Shown: piece after piece, positions 8,998 through 17,977 of the stretch
How the letters are laid out: every line of letters begins with the position of its first letter
Position numbering within the stretch: the first letter of the stretch is position 1
The notes under the pieces: model-generated
The model's database searches: none
What the model was told of the DNA's origin: nothing
The model's input: the letters and a program-made list of their open reading frames with translations, nothing else
From: an uncultured Clostridia bacterium
GTDB taxonomy: Bacteria > Acidobacteriota > Aminicenantia > UBA2199
Assembly (NCBI GenBank): GCA_964465065.1
Contig: CAYXHZ010000002.1
Coordinates: 41,588 to 105,587, forward strand
Length of the DNA: 64,000 nt
Reading direction: 5' to 3'
Translations under genes and position numbers: made by a program

Positions 8998-10268
8998 ACG
9001 AAACCACCCGTATCCAAATTCCCCCCTGCCCCATCGACCCCAGTCCAGGTGCCCTGCGCGCCCGAATCCAAAACGAGCGGGAGCAAAACGGGCTGCAGGC
9101 GGCCTTCAAACTGTTGCAACGCCAGGAGACCATCCTGACCGGGCGTAAGCCGACCCTGGGCTTCTACGATCATGTCATCGATTTCATCGGCGGCGGACAG
9201 AAGTACGGCGCCACCATGATTCAGGCCCTCAAAGACCGCTTCGCGATCACCATCCTCTGCCACCGGCCCTTGACCCACAAACAGCTGGAAGACTGGTACG
9301 GTTTCGATCTGGGACAGTGCCCCATCGAGATCATCCCTTTGCCGTTCTTTGACGACAGGAACCTGCACATCGACCCGGCACTGGTCACCGCCCGGGTACA
9401 CAACCCGTTCCACACCGTCAGCCTGCGCAGCGTCGATTTCGATTTCTTCGTCAACAACAGCATGAACGAAATGGTACTGCCCCTGTCGCCGGTGTCGCTG
9501 GCCGTCTGTCACTTCCCGGAGCGCCGCCCCAGCGATTATTTCTACATGGACCGCTACAGCGGCATCATATTCAACAGTCACTATACCGCCGGTTGGATCC
9601 GGCAGCGCTGGAACCTGACCCCCCATGCCCATCTCTACCCGCCTGTCCACATGGCGCCAGCCTCCCTGCCGGAAAAAAAGCCGCAGATCCTTTCCGTTGC
9701 CCGCTTCGAACTCGGCGGCAGCAAGAAACAGCTGGAAATGGTGGCCGCCTTCACCCAGCTCCACAAGATGCTGCCGGCGGACCATCCCTGGCGACTGATC
9801 CTGTGTGGCGGCACACCGGCCGACAACCCCTACCTGGAAAAAGTCAGAGCGGCGTCGCACGGACTGCCGATCGACATCCTGACCAACATCGACGAGGAAC
9901 GTTTGAAAACGCTGTACCGCGAATCCTCTCTGTTCTGGCACATCTGCGGACTCAACCAGCGCGATCCGGCCCTGGTCGAGCATTTCGGCATGACCATCGT
10001 CGAGGCCATGCAGAATCATCTGGTACCGATCGTCTTTGACGGCGGAGGCCAGCGCGAGATCGTCGACCAGGGACTCAACGGTTACCGGATCAGCCGTCCG
10101 GCCGAATTGCTGCGGCATACCTGGACCCTGATCCACGACCAGGCCCTGCGCCGAAACATGGGCGACGCCGCTTTCGAGAAATCGCAGCGCTTCGACAAAC
10201 CGCGTTTCATCGCCGAGACGCAGGCGCTCTTCGACGAGCTGCTACGGGATTACCGGACCACCTGCTGA
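8994..10268 (+). CDS. Glycosyltransferase family 1 (GT4)
   Basis: 424 aa; SVARFELGGSKKQLEMV...EHFGMTIVEAMQNHLVPIVFDGGGQREIV is the typical GT4 C-terminal domain with EX7E-like motif. Confidence 0.8.
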   Translation: MNETTRIQIPPCPIDPSPGALRARIQNEREQNGLQAAFKLLQRQETILTGRKPTLGFYDHVIDFIGGGQKYGATMIQALKDRFAITILCHRPLTHKQLEDWYGFDLGQCPIEIIPLPFFDDRNLHIDPALVTARVHNPFHTVSLRSVDFDFFVNNSMNEMVLPLSPVSLAVCHFPERRPSDYFYMDRYSGIIFNSHYTAGWIRQRWNLTPHAHLYPPVHMAPASLPEKKPQILSVARFELGGSKKQLEMVAAFTQLHKMLPADHPWRLILCGGTPADNPYLEKVRAASHGLPIDILTNIDEERLKTLYRESSLFWHICGLNQRDPALVEHFGMTIVEAMQNHLVPIVFDGGGQREIVDQGLNGYRISRPAELLRHTWTLIHDQALRRNMGDAAFEKSQRFDKPRFIAETQALFDELLRDYRTTC

Positions 10269-10275
10269 CCCGCCA

Positions 10276-10746
10276 ATGATCGGACTTGCCATCGTCAGTT
10301 GCCTGTGCCTGCTGATATCCTGGAGTACCGACCGTAAAAAGACCCTGGCCGGACTCAAGCAGGGCCTGGCCATGTTCATCAAAATCCTGCCGGTGCTGCT
10401 CACCATGCTGATCCTCGTCAGCATCGCCCTCTATGCCGTTGCCAACCGGCAGATCATCACCTGGCTGTCTCAGAATGACGGTTGGCAGGCGATGACGGCG
10501 GCGGCCCTGTTGGGATCGATCGCGCTGATTCCCGGCTTTATCGCCTATCCGCTCAGCGCCATCCTGCTGCAAAACGGTGTCTCATTCCGGATTCTGGCCG
10601 TTTTCATCACCACCTTGATGATGGTCGGCGTGCTGACCCTGCCGCTGGAAGCCAGATATTTCGGCTGGAAAGTCAGCATTCTCAGAAATGCGCTGAGCCT
10701 GATAGCCGCAGTGCTGATCGGCCTGACGATCGGACTTTTCCTGTGA
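10276..10746 (+). CDS. Permease (DUF318/YraQ-like) N-terminal half, membrane protein
   Basis: 156 aa, 4-5 TM helices; followed immediately by the second half. Confidence 0.5.
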   Translation: MIGLAIVSCLCLLISWSTDRKKTLAGLKQGLAMFIKILPVLLTMLILVSIALYAVANRQIITWLSQNDGWQAMTAAALLGSIALIPGFIAYPLSAILLQNGVSFRILAVFITTLMMVGVLTLPLEARYFGWKVSILRNALSLIAAVLIGLTIGLFL

Positions 10747-11273
10747 ACAGAATCGTCACGATCCTGATGAAACGATACGGCTTGTTCATCGCCTTCGTCA
10801 TATATCTGGCGGTTTCCCAGCTGACCTCCCATCGGCCTGGACTGGAAATCGGCCGCAAGTTCAGCTTCTTTTTCAGCGAGATGATGGTTTTTCTGCCCCT
10901 GCTGTTCATCCTCATCGGTCTTTTGGACGTTTGGGTACCCAGAGACAAGGTCGCCGCCCGCATCGGGCCTTCCTCCGGCCTGCCGGGCATCCTGTGGGTG
11001 ATCCTTCTGGCCATGCTGCAGGCCGGACCGCTCTACGCATCCTTCCCTGTCGCCGCCCTGCTGTGGCGCAAGGGCTGCAGTCTGCGCAACATCTTCATCT
11101 ATCTGGGCGCCTTCAGCTGCATCAAGATCCCTATGCTGACATTCGAAATCAGCTTTTTGGGATTGAAATTCTCGCTGTTGCGCAGCCTGTTCAGCCTGCC
11201 CTTGTTCATCGCCATCGCCTGCCTGTTGAGTTTTCTTCTGCGCCAGCGCCCCTACTCCATCCGTGAGCCCTGA
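10743..11273 (+). CDS. Permease (DUF318/YraQ-like) C-terminal half, membrane protein
   Basis: GTG at 10743 overlaps the upstream TGA (GTGA); alternative ATG at 10767 (MKRYGLFIAFVIY...). Multiple TM segments. Confidence 0.5.
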   Translation: MNRIVTILMKRYGLFIAFVIYLAVSQLTSHRPGLEIGRKFSFFFSEMMVFLPLLFILIGLLDVWVPRDKVAARIGPSSGLPGILWVILLAMLQAGPLYASFPVAALLWRKGCSLRNIFIYLGAFSCIKIPMLTFEISFLGLKFSLLRSLFSLPLFIAIACLLSFLLRQRPYSIREP

Positions 11274-12967
11274 AGCGTTCCGGCCGAGCCCTCGCTCAGT
11301 TTCCTGCCGATGAAAAACTGCAGTACATACGCCAGGACCACCATCAACGCGCAGGCGATGACGTTGTACCACAGGTAGGGAATGTCGGTGAAAAAGAAAC
11401 AGAGCAGGATCAGCGTCTCGGCACAGAGTGCCGAAATGAAGGTGGCCGTTCCACCGACGCTCTTGCAGTAGAAGGCGATCAGAAACAGACCGAGAATGGT
11501 GCCGTAAAAGAGCGATCCCAGGATGTTGACGGCTTCGATCAGGGAACCCAGACGTTCGGCGAACATGGCGAAGGCGATGGCGTACAGCCCCCAGAACACC
11601 GTGGCCAGCCTGGACACTCGCAGGTAATGGGCTTCCGATTCGGCAGGCCTGAGCATGCGTTTATAGAGGTCCATCGTCGTTGTCGAGGCCAGGGCGTTGA
11701 GCTCGGCCGCAGTCGATGACATGGAAGCCGAAAAGATGGCGGCCATGACCAGGCCGATCAGGCCGGCCGGCAGAGTCGACATCACAAAACTCAGAAAGAT
11801 GTAATTGCTGTCGCTGCCGTCCGACTGCGAGCGATTGTTCCGGATCAGCGCGGCGGCCTGCTGACGGAGGTTGTGCTCCCGAACTTGAAAACTTTTCAAC
11901 TGCCGGTCGCCATCCCTGGACCGGAAATTCTGTTCGACCATCTCTTTCAACAGACGGGCCTTGTCGGCATGAACCCGAGCGAATTCCGCTTCCACTTGCC
12001 GATAGGCGGCAGCCTGAGCGCTGGTTTGCAGCCTGCCGATTTCCACGGCGTTGAAGTTCACCGGAGGCAGCACGAACTGGTAATAAACGAAGACCATGAT
12101 GCCCAGGAAAAGGATGGCGAACTGCATCGGCACTTTCAGCAAGGCGTTGGCCAACAGACCGATCCGGCTCTGGGTCACCGATTTTCCCGTCAGATAGCGG
12201 GAAACCTGCGACTGGTCGGTTCCGAAATAGGACAGCATCAAAAAAGTGCCGCCGATCAGGCCGGTCCAGATATTGTAGCGGTCGCGCCAGTCGAAATCGG
12301 TGGTGATGATGTTCATCCGCCCCAGTTTACCGGCGATTCTGGTCCCGTCGATCCAGGAGATCCCCTCCGGCAAGGTGTTGACGATCAATACGAACGCGCT
12401 GATCATGCCGAAGCTGATGATGGCCATTTGCAGCAAATGGGTTCTGTTGACCGCATCAGAACCTCCGAATGCCGTGTAGACGACAACCGACAGGCCTGAG
12501 CACAGCACGGTCAGCTGCAGGTTCCAGCCCAGCAGCAGCGACAGGATCACCGAAGGTGCGAAGATGGTCAGGCCGGCGGCGAGGCCGCGTTGGATCAGGA
12601 ACAGGATGCAGCCCAGCAGACGGTTCTTGAGATCGAAACGTCGTTCGAGGTATTCGTAGGCGGTGAACACCCGCAAACGGTGGTAAATGGGCACGGCGGT
12701 CTGGCACAGGATGACCATGGCGATGGGCAGGCCCAGGTAGAATTGCACGAAACGCATGCCGTCGACGTAAGCCTGCCCGGGGGTCGACAGAAACGTGATG
12801 GCGCTGGCCTGGGTGGCCATGACCGACAGGCAGACCATGTACCAGGGGGTGGAGCGCCCGGCCAGGAGGTACTGCTCCATATTCTTGCGACCGCGGGTCT
12901 TCCATACGCCGTACAGGACGACGAAAGCCAGAAAACCGATCAGCACCAGCCAGTCGATCGTGTTCAT
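11252..12967 (-). CDS. Sodium:solute symporter family (SSF) transporter with ~100-aa coiled-coil cytoplasmic insertion
   Basis: 571 aa; the N-terminus MNTIDWLVLIGFLAFVVLYGVWKTRGRK...LLAGRS is characteristic of SSF; 13+ TM segments; charged helical insert (...AYRQVEAEFARVHADKARLLKEMVEQ...). Confidence 0.8.
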   Translation of the reverse strand: MNTIDWLVLIGFLAFVVLYGVWKTRGRKNMEQYLLAGRSTPWYMVCLSVMATQASAITFLSTPGQAYVDGMRFVQFYLGLPIAMVILCQTAVPIYHRLRVFTAYEYLERRFDLKNRLLGCILFLIQRGLAAGLTIFAPSVILSLLLGWNLQLTVLCSGLSVVVYTAFGGSDAVNRTHLLQMAIISFGMISAFVLIVNTLPEGISWIDGTRIAGKLGRMNIITTDFDWRDRYNIWTGLIGGTFLMLSYFGTDQSQVSRYLTGKSVTQSRIGLLANALLKVPMQFAILFLGIMVFVYYQFVLPPVNFNAVEIGRLQTSAQAAAYRQVEAEFARVHADKARLLKEMVEQNFRSRDGDRQLKSFQVREHNLRQQAAALIRNNRSQSDGSDSNYIFLSFVMSTLPAGLIGLVMAAIFSASMSSTAAELNALASTTTMDLYKRMLRPAESEAHYLRVSRLATVFWGLYAIAFAMFAERLGSLIEAVNILGSLFYGTILGLFLIAFYCKSVGGTATFISALCAETLILLCFFFTDIPYLWYNVIACALMVVLAYVLQFFIGRKLSEGSAGTLQGSRME

Positions 12968-13086
12968 GACAGAATACGGGTCAGGCCCCAGAACAGCAGG
13001 ATCAACCCCAACAGATTACCGAGCACCAGAGCATAGACCCTGGTCCAGGAGCTGAACAGCGGCGGTTTATCAGGATCAGCGCGCAT
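12964..13086 (-). CDS. Small single-TM protein (39 aa), below the ORF-track cutoff, translationally coupled between the deacetylase and the SSF gene
   Basis: Reverse-complement reads ATG CGC GCT GAT ... CTG TCA TGA (MRADPDKPPLFSSWTRVYALVLGNLLGLILLFWGLTRILS). The stop overlaps the SSF ATG (ATGA) and the start overlaps the last codons of the upstream gene. Confidence 0.4.
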   Translation of the reverse strand: MRADPDKPPLFSSWTRVYALVLGNLLGLILLFWGLTRILS

Positions 13087-15553
13087 AACGGCCAGCCGAG
13101 ATCATGTTGACGAAAATACGGAGCGCACCGGGATTACCGGCCGGAACCTGGCGGAACCAGGCCAAACCGCTGTAGATGAATACGCCTTTCCCGTAGCGGC
13201 AGAACAGGGTGGAACCGCTCAGCTCTTTTTCACCCGGATCATGGCCGCTGACCAGGTCATCGTATCGTTTATCGCAGGATTCGGCGAAATACAGGCCGCG
13301 TTCCTGCACCCAGCCGGAAAAATCGTCCGGACCGATCCGGTTGGGCTGGTTGAACAGGCTGTGTTCCGGTTTGAGAAGACGCAGTTCGGCCTGTTCGTCG
13401 GTGATCCGTTCCCGGCCGATCTTGAAAGGGTACGGACCGATCTCCTCGCAGACCAGGCCGTAGCCGACGTTGTACTGGACGATGTAGGTGCCGCCGTTTT
13501 GGATATAATCCATCAGGGCGGTGTAGGCATATTTCAGACGCGGTCGGGTGTTGTAGGCCCTGATACCGGCGATGACGGCATCGCAAGTGGCCAGAAACTC
13601 GGAACTCAGCTGTTCGTCGCCCAGCATCACCACTTCGTAGCCCATATCGCCGAGCGCTTCGGGAATCTCGTCGCCAGAGCCCTCGATGTAGCCGATTCGT
13701 CCGCCGGGGATCTTGGTGTCGAGCCGGATCAGGCGGACGGAGCTCTCCGGAAAGTAGGCCTGGGGTTCAATGTGATCGTGCCGGATCTCGACCAGAGACC
13801 GCGCATAGGCTCGACCATCGACGACGATCCGGGCCAAGGTCTGGGTCCGTTGCATGAGCGGCGGCGGTGAAATCCAAAAACTCACGGTTCGCTCGTCGTG
13901 ACGGCTGGCGAATTCGAAATCGATCTGGTCCGGTGCCGCCGTCCAGCCCCCGGGCAATTCCAGACGGAGCAGACCTTTGGCTTGGGCGGCATGGGCCTTG
14001 AGGCGCACTTGCACCTCCCGTCTCTGTCCGTTGCTGAAAATGATGTTTTTCTTGGCAAAAGTGGCGCTCACGGATGGACGGATCTCGAAGGGACGCTGCA
14101 TCTCGCCGTTCACCCGGTCCAGCCAACGGTAGCGCAGGGCTTTGCGAAACGTCAACTTCCTGCCGAGCAGGGTCAAGTCCACTTCGACCGGCAGAACCGG
14201 CGGATTCTGAGCCAGGCCGATCATGGCCGGATCATCGACATGAAACAGACCTTTTTCCGGCGGCCTGGCCAACCAGTAGGGCTGCGTCAGCGCATAATCG
14301 GCCGGCAGGATCAGATCGCTGTCCACCTTCTGCAACACATTGTGGACCAGATCCAGCTTCAGCGACTGGACAAGGCCAAGACTCGGGAAGCGGATGGCCT
14401 GAACCTGAACGGCGTCAGTACTGCGCTGCAGCATAGTGGTGCTCAAATGCACCATGTCACCGGGTGCTGCGCAGAAATCGCTGGCCAGCGGTTCGATGAA
14501 CAGGCCGGCGCAGGCGGCGATCAGGTCCCGCAACTCCCCGCGTTTGAAACGGACCCAGGGTTCTTTTTCCAGCCTGGCTATCTCTTCATCCATTTTCAGC
14601 AAGGCTGCCAAGCTCAGCCAGGGTCTGCCGACATCGAAATCGGCGAGCTGCCCGGCGAGAAGCCTGTCGAGCGCTTCAGCGCCCTCGATCCGTTTCCAGC
14701 TGCTGTCAATGCCATCGAAAATGTCCTTTCGGAACGGTGCGCCGGCCAGGAGTTGAAAATATTCGATCTGAGAACCGCGGTTGGGCAACACGCCGAAACC
14801 CTGACTCTTGTGCATGCTGCGACTGCGGGCGGCGATCTCGTTGTAGGACATACCGAGCAGAGGATTGTAGCTTCCGGTGTCCAGCGTCGCCAGCCCAGCC
14901 ATCTCCTCCGGTTTGGGACGCCACTTGTTCCACAGAATACGTTTGGCTTGCCAGGGGGACAAGTCTTTCAGCTGCTCGGGAAAGCGCGCGGGATCGGCGG
15001 CGGCGGCAAACGCCTCCAGCGCCAGGATCGTGGCGGCCGGATGATGGCCGTGACCGCCGTTCTGCTCATCGTCGGCCGGAAAACGGGTGATGATGACATC
15101 GGGACGGAAATGGCGGATAACCCGGACGATATCGGACATGACCTCCTCCTTTCCCCAAAAATCCATGGTTTCGGCCACCGATTTGGAGTAACCGAAATCG
15201 ACAGCCCGGGTGAAATACTGCTCGCCGCCGTCGTAACGGCGGGCTTCCAGGAGTTCCTGCGATCGGATGATGCCGATCTGGCTGCCTTGCTCGGAACCGA
15301 TCAGGTTCTGGCCGCCGTCGCCGCGGGTGAGAGACAGGTAGGCGGTGCGGTATTTCCTTTCCTTGGACAGAAAGGCCATCAACCCGGTATTCTCGTCATC
15401 CGGATGGGCGGCGATGTACAGCACGCTGCCCAACACGTTCATTTTTTCGAGCGCGATACGCAGGTCGGCCGCAGTCCTGGGCGGCTCGATCAAGGCACGT
15501 AACGGCAAGCCGAAAAGTATCGACAGCAGGGTAAAAATGGAGGCATGTTTCAT
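13076..15553 (-). CDS. Secreted PIG-L/LmbE-family deacetylase fused to a ~600-aa C-terminal region of unknown function
   Basis: 825 aa; signal peptide; AHPDDE...LTRGDGGQN metal-binding motifs at the N-terminus. Confidence 0.75.
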   Translation of the reverse strand: MKHASIFTLLSILFGLPLRALIEPPRTAADLRIALEKMNVLGSVLYIAAHPDDENTGLMAFLSKERKYRTAYLSLTRGDGGQNLIGSEQGSQIGIIRSQELLEARRYDGGEQYFTRAVDFGYSKSVAETMDFWGKEEVMSDIVRVIRHFRPDVIITRFPADDEQNGGHGHHPAATILALEAFAAAADPARFPEQLKDLSPWQAKRILWNKWRPKPEEMAGLATLDTGSYNPLLGMSYNEIAARSRSMHKSQGFGVLPNRGSQIEYFQLLAGAPFRKDIFDGIDSSWKRIEGAEALDRLLAGQLADFDVGRPWLSLAALLKMDEEIARLEKEPWVRFKRGELRDLIAACAGLFIEPLASDFCAAPGDMVHLSTTMLQRSTDAVQVQAIRFPSLGLVQSLKLDLVHNVLQKVDSDLILPADYALTQPYWLARPPEKGLFHVDDPAMIGLAQNPPVLPVEVDLTLLGRKLTFRKALRYRWLDRVNGEMQRPFEIRPSVSATFAKKNIIFSNGQRREVQVRLKAHAAQAKGLLRLELPGGWTAAPDQIDFEFASRHDERTVSFWISPPPLMQRTQTLARIVVDGRAYARSLVEIRHDHIEPQAYFPESSVRLIRLDTKIPGGRIGYIEGSGDEIPEALGDMGYEVVMLGDEQLSSEFLATCDAVIAGIRAYNTRPRLKYAYTALMDYIQNGGTYIVQYNVGYGLVCEEIGPYPFKIGRERITDEQAELRLLKPEHSLFNQPNRIGPDDFSGWVQERGLYFAESCDKRYDDLVSGHDPGEKELSGSTLFCRYGKGVFIYSGLAWFRQVPAGNPGALRIFVNMISAGRYAR

Positions 15554-15562
15554 CGGCCCTCG

Positions 15563-16147
15563 CTAGCTTTGCGGTTCGCAACTGATCTTGAAGGGCACCA
15601 TGAGCTCGACCCAGTGCAAAAAGGCGACAGTCGAATAATCGGTCAAGTCCGCAAAACCGTACAGCAGCCATTCCTGGAACGGAGCCTTCACCGGGCTCAC
15701 CCGTATGCGCAGGATGTCTTCGCTTTCGTTGTACTTGTAACTTCCCCAAAGGGTGTTGTTCCGGTTGAAAATCACGATCCATTCGCTCTGCGAGGGTATG
15801 AAATGCAGACTGTACTTTCCGGCCGGGACCTTATTGCCGTTGATCAGGACATCTTTGCTGAACTCGATGGTGGTGCACTCGTTGGCGCCGCCCCGCCAGG
15901 GAAAGGGCTTGTTGTCCGAATACTTGTTGCCTGGCTCGAGTCCATAGGGCACGAGCTCCCCCCAGATGGTCCGGCCCTTGACACCGGGTCGGCTGTAACT
16001 GATGGTGATATCGGTATCGACACCGATGCGCTGGGTGACAGCCGCCTTCTGGCTGGGCCGGGGTTTGACCTCTTTCTGGGCGCTCAGGTCAATCGTAACA
16101 GCTAATGTTAAAGACAAAACAGCGACAAACAACTTCAGCGATCTCAT
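15563..16147 (-). CDS. Secreted hypothetical protein (DUF2911-like)
   Basis: ORF 15563..16207; ATG at 16147 (MRSLKLFVAVLSLTLA signal); RBS GGGAGGAA upstream. Confidence 0.5.
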   Translation of the reverse strand: MRSLKLFVAVLSLTLAVTIDLSAQKEVKPRPSQKAAVTQRIGVDTDITISYSRPGVKGRTIWGELVPYGLEPGNKYSDNKPFPWRGGANECTTIEFSKDVLINGNKVPAGKYSLHFIPSQSEWIVIFNRNNTLWGSYKYNESEDILRIRVSPVKAPFQEWLLYGFADLTDYSTVAFLHWVELMVPFKISCEPQS

Positions 16148-16252
16148 GGGTTCCTCCCGCCAATCTTGGTAAGACGATGATAACACGATAACCGATGGTA
16201 TCGCCACACAGGTGGCGGCCGGTTTGTGCTAACACGCATCTATTGACTCTTT

Positions 16253-17275
16253 TCACAGAATGAGCATGGCGTCGCCGTACGAAAAGAAACGGTATCCGGA
16301 ATCGATGGCCTGGCGATAGGCGCGCTGCATCAGATCCAGGCCGGCGAAGGCGCTGACCAGGATGAACAGCGAGGATTCCGGAAGGTGGAAGTTGGTCAGC
16401 AGACGGTCGACCAGTTTGAATTCGAATCCGGGGTAGATGAAAATTTCCGAAAAAAAGTGCAAGGGCTCCTGAGCGAGTGCCGCCCAGGTCTCCAGGCTGC
16501 GCACCGAAGTGGTTCCGACCGCCAGCAACTTCTTCCCCCCGGCTTTGAGCTCCCGGATGCGCTGGGCGCTGAGCTGGGGTATTTCGATCTCTTCGCGGCC
16601 CATACGATGCTCTTCCAGTTTTTCGACGGTGATTTTCTGAAAAGTGGCCTCGCCGACAGTCAGGTTGACGGGAATGACGTCGTGGCTCCGGCCGATCTCG
16701 CTCAAAAGCTCCGCCGTGAAGTGCAGACCGGCCGTCGGTGCGGCGACGGCACCGGGTTTGGCCGCATACACAGTCTGATACCGTTCCAGATCGAACTGCC
16801 GCAGACGCCTGGCCTCCTCGGCCTTGCGCTTGATATAGGGCGGCAACGGGGCGAAACCGCTTCGGTACAGTTCGGATACCGGGTTGTCCAGACGGAGAAG
16901 TCTGCGCCCCCGCTGGCCCTGCTGCAGAACCTGGGCGGCCGAGCCGTCGTCGAATTCCAGACGGCTGCCGGTCCGCAGATGCTTGGCCGGTTGCGCCAGC
17001 ACCTCGACCGTCCATGGGTCCAGCACCTTGACCACCAGCATTTCGATCGTACGGTCACCGGTGCGGCCGAGGAGCCGGGCCGGGTCGACCCGGGTGGTGT
17101 TGATGACCAGAAAATCATCGGCGTCGATCAGGCCGGGGAACTCGTCGAAGCGGTGGTGGGTGATGCACCCGGTCTTGCGGTCGACGCACATCAATCTGGA
17201 ATGGTCCCGTCTGTCGGCTGGGGTACGGGCGATCAGCCCGGCCGGAAGGTCGAAGGAAAACTGCTCGAGTTTCAT
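16253..17275 (-). CDS. queA: S-adenosylmethionine:tRNA ribosyltransferase-isomerase
   Basis: MKLEQFSFDLPAGLIARTPADRRDHSRLM...FLVINTTRV matches the QueA N-terminus; length about 340 aa. Confidence 0.85.
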   Translation of the reverse strand: MKLEQFSFDLPAGLIARTPADRRDHSRLMCVDRKTGCITHHRFDEFPGLIDADDFLVINTTRVDPARLLGRTGDRTIEMLVVKVLDPWTVEVLAQPAKHLRTGSRLEFDDGSAAQVLQQGQRGRRLLRLDNPVSELYRSGFAPLPPYIKRKAEEARRLRQFDLERYQTVYAAKPGAVAAPTAGLHFTAELLSEIGRSHDVIPVNLTVGEATFQKITVEKLEEHRMGREEIEIPQLSAQRIRELKAGGKKLLAVGTTSVRSLETWAALAQEPLHFFSEIFIYPGFEFKLVDRLLTNFHLPESSLFILVSAFAGLDLMQRAYRQAIDSGYRFFSYGDAMLIL

Positions 17276-17362
17276 GGCTGAATTGTACCAGAGCGGTCCG
17301 CACAGAACCATACCCCAGCCCCCCCTTGACCTTAACTCCCGATATGAAGTAAGGTATTCACG

Positions 17363-17974
17363 ATGAGAAAAAGCACCTTTTTATTGCCCGGCTGGCTGGT
17401 TTTATCCCTATTCTCTCTGATTTCAGCCAGCGACCGCATCCCCGACATCGCTTTGTACGAGAATGAAGTATACCTGTTGCACAACGTTTTCCCACTGGAT
17501 GCCTTCTTGGCCGATCAGAAACTTTACCCACGCAGCAGCGACGCACCGATGATGGTCACCCGCCGCGGGCAGATGGACGGCACCGACAATCCCAATTTCC
17601 ATATCGCCAACTGGGAAATCCGCGACCGGCGTCTGTATCTGGCCGATATCGAAGCCTACGTATACCCCAACTTCGACGCCTGGTACCTCGAGTCGATAGA
17701 AAAGAGTCTGGAAGCTGCCAGGAGTATGGAAGAGCGGCAGAGTCTGACTGCCGAGATCCAGGCCTTGCAAAAACAAGGAGTCCGACGTCACGTCGTCAAG
17801 GCCATGGACTACTTTTTCCCCGAGCGGACTCCCGGTCAGGCTGTTTTCGCCCAGTGGTTCAGCGGTCAGCTGCTGCTGGAAAAACAGGAACCGGGACCGT
17901 TCGCTTCCAAGAGCCGCAAGCAGATGGAAATGAATTTCCACCACGGCGTTTTGCAATCCGTCCGTCAGCTGTAA
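17363..17974 (+). CDS. Secreted hypothetical protein
   Basis: 203 aa; signal peptide MRKSTFLLPGWLVLSLFSLISAS; no recognisable domain. Confidence 0.5.
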   Translation: MRKSTFLLPGWLVLSLFSLISASDRIPDIALYENEVYLLHNVFPLDAFLADQKLYPRSSDAPMMVTRRGQMDGTDNPNFHIANWEIRDRRLYLADIEAYVYPNFDAWYLESIEKSLEAARSMEERQSLTAEIQALQKQGVRRHVVKAMDYFFPERTPGQAVFAQWFSGQLLLEKQEPGPFASKSRKQMEMNFHHGVLQSVRQL

Positions 17975-17977
17975 CCC

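Noticed and set aside
8901-10136. 411-aa minus-strand ORF opposite the GT4 glycosyltransferase
   Set aside because: Shadow ORF; the plus-strand frame carries the GT4 signature.
10545-11372. 275-aa minus-strand ORF opposite the split permease
   Set aside because: Hydrophobic TM pattern is on the plus strand; minus frame is Gly/Gln/Asp-rich shadow.
13898-15502. 534-aa plus-strand ORF opposite the PIG-L deacetylase
   Set aside because: Antisense to a gene with AHPDDE/PIG-L motifs; composition (Gly/Arg/Gln-rich) without motifs; high-GC shadow.
16385-17281. 298-aa plus-strand ORF opposite queA
   Set aside because: QueA motifs are unambiguous on the minus strand.
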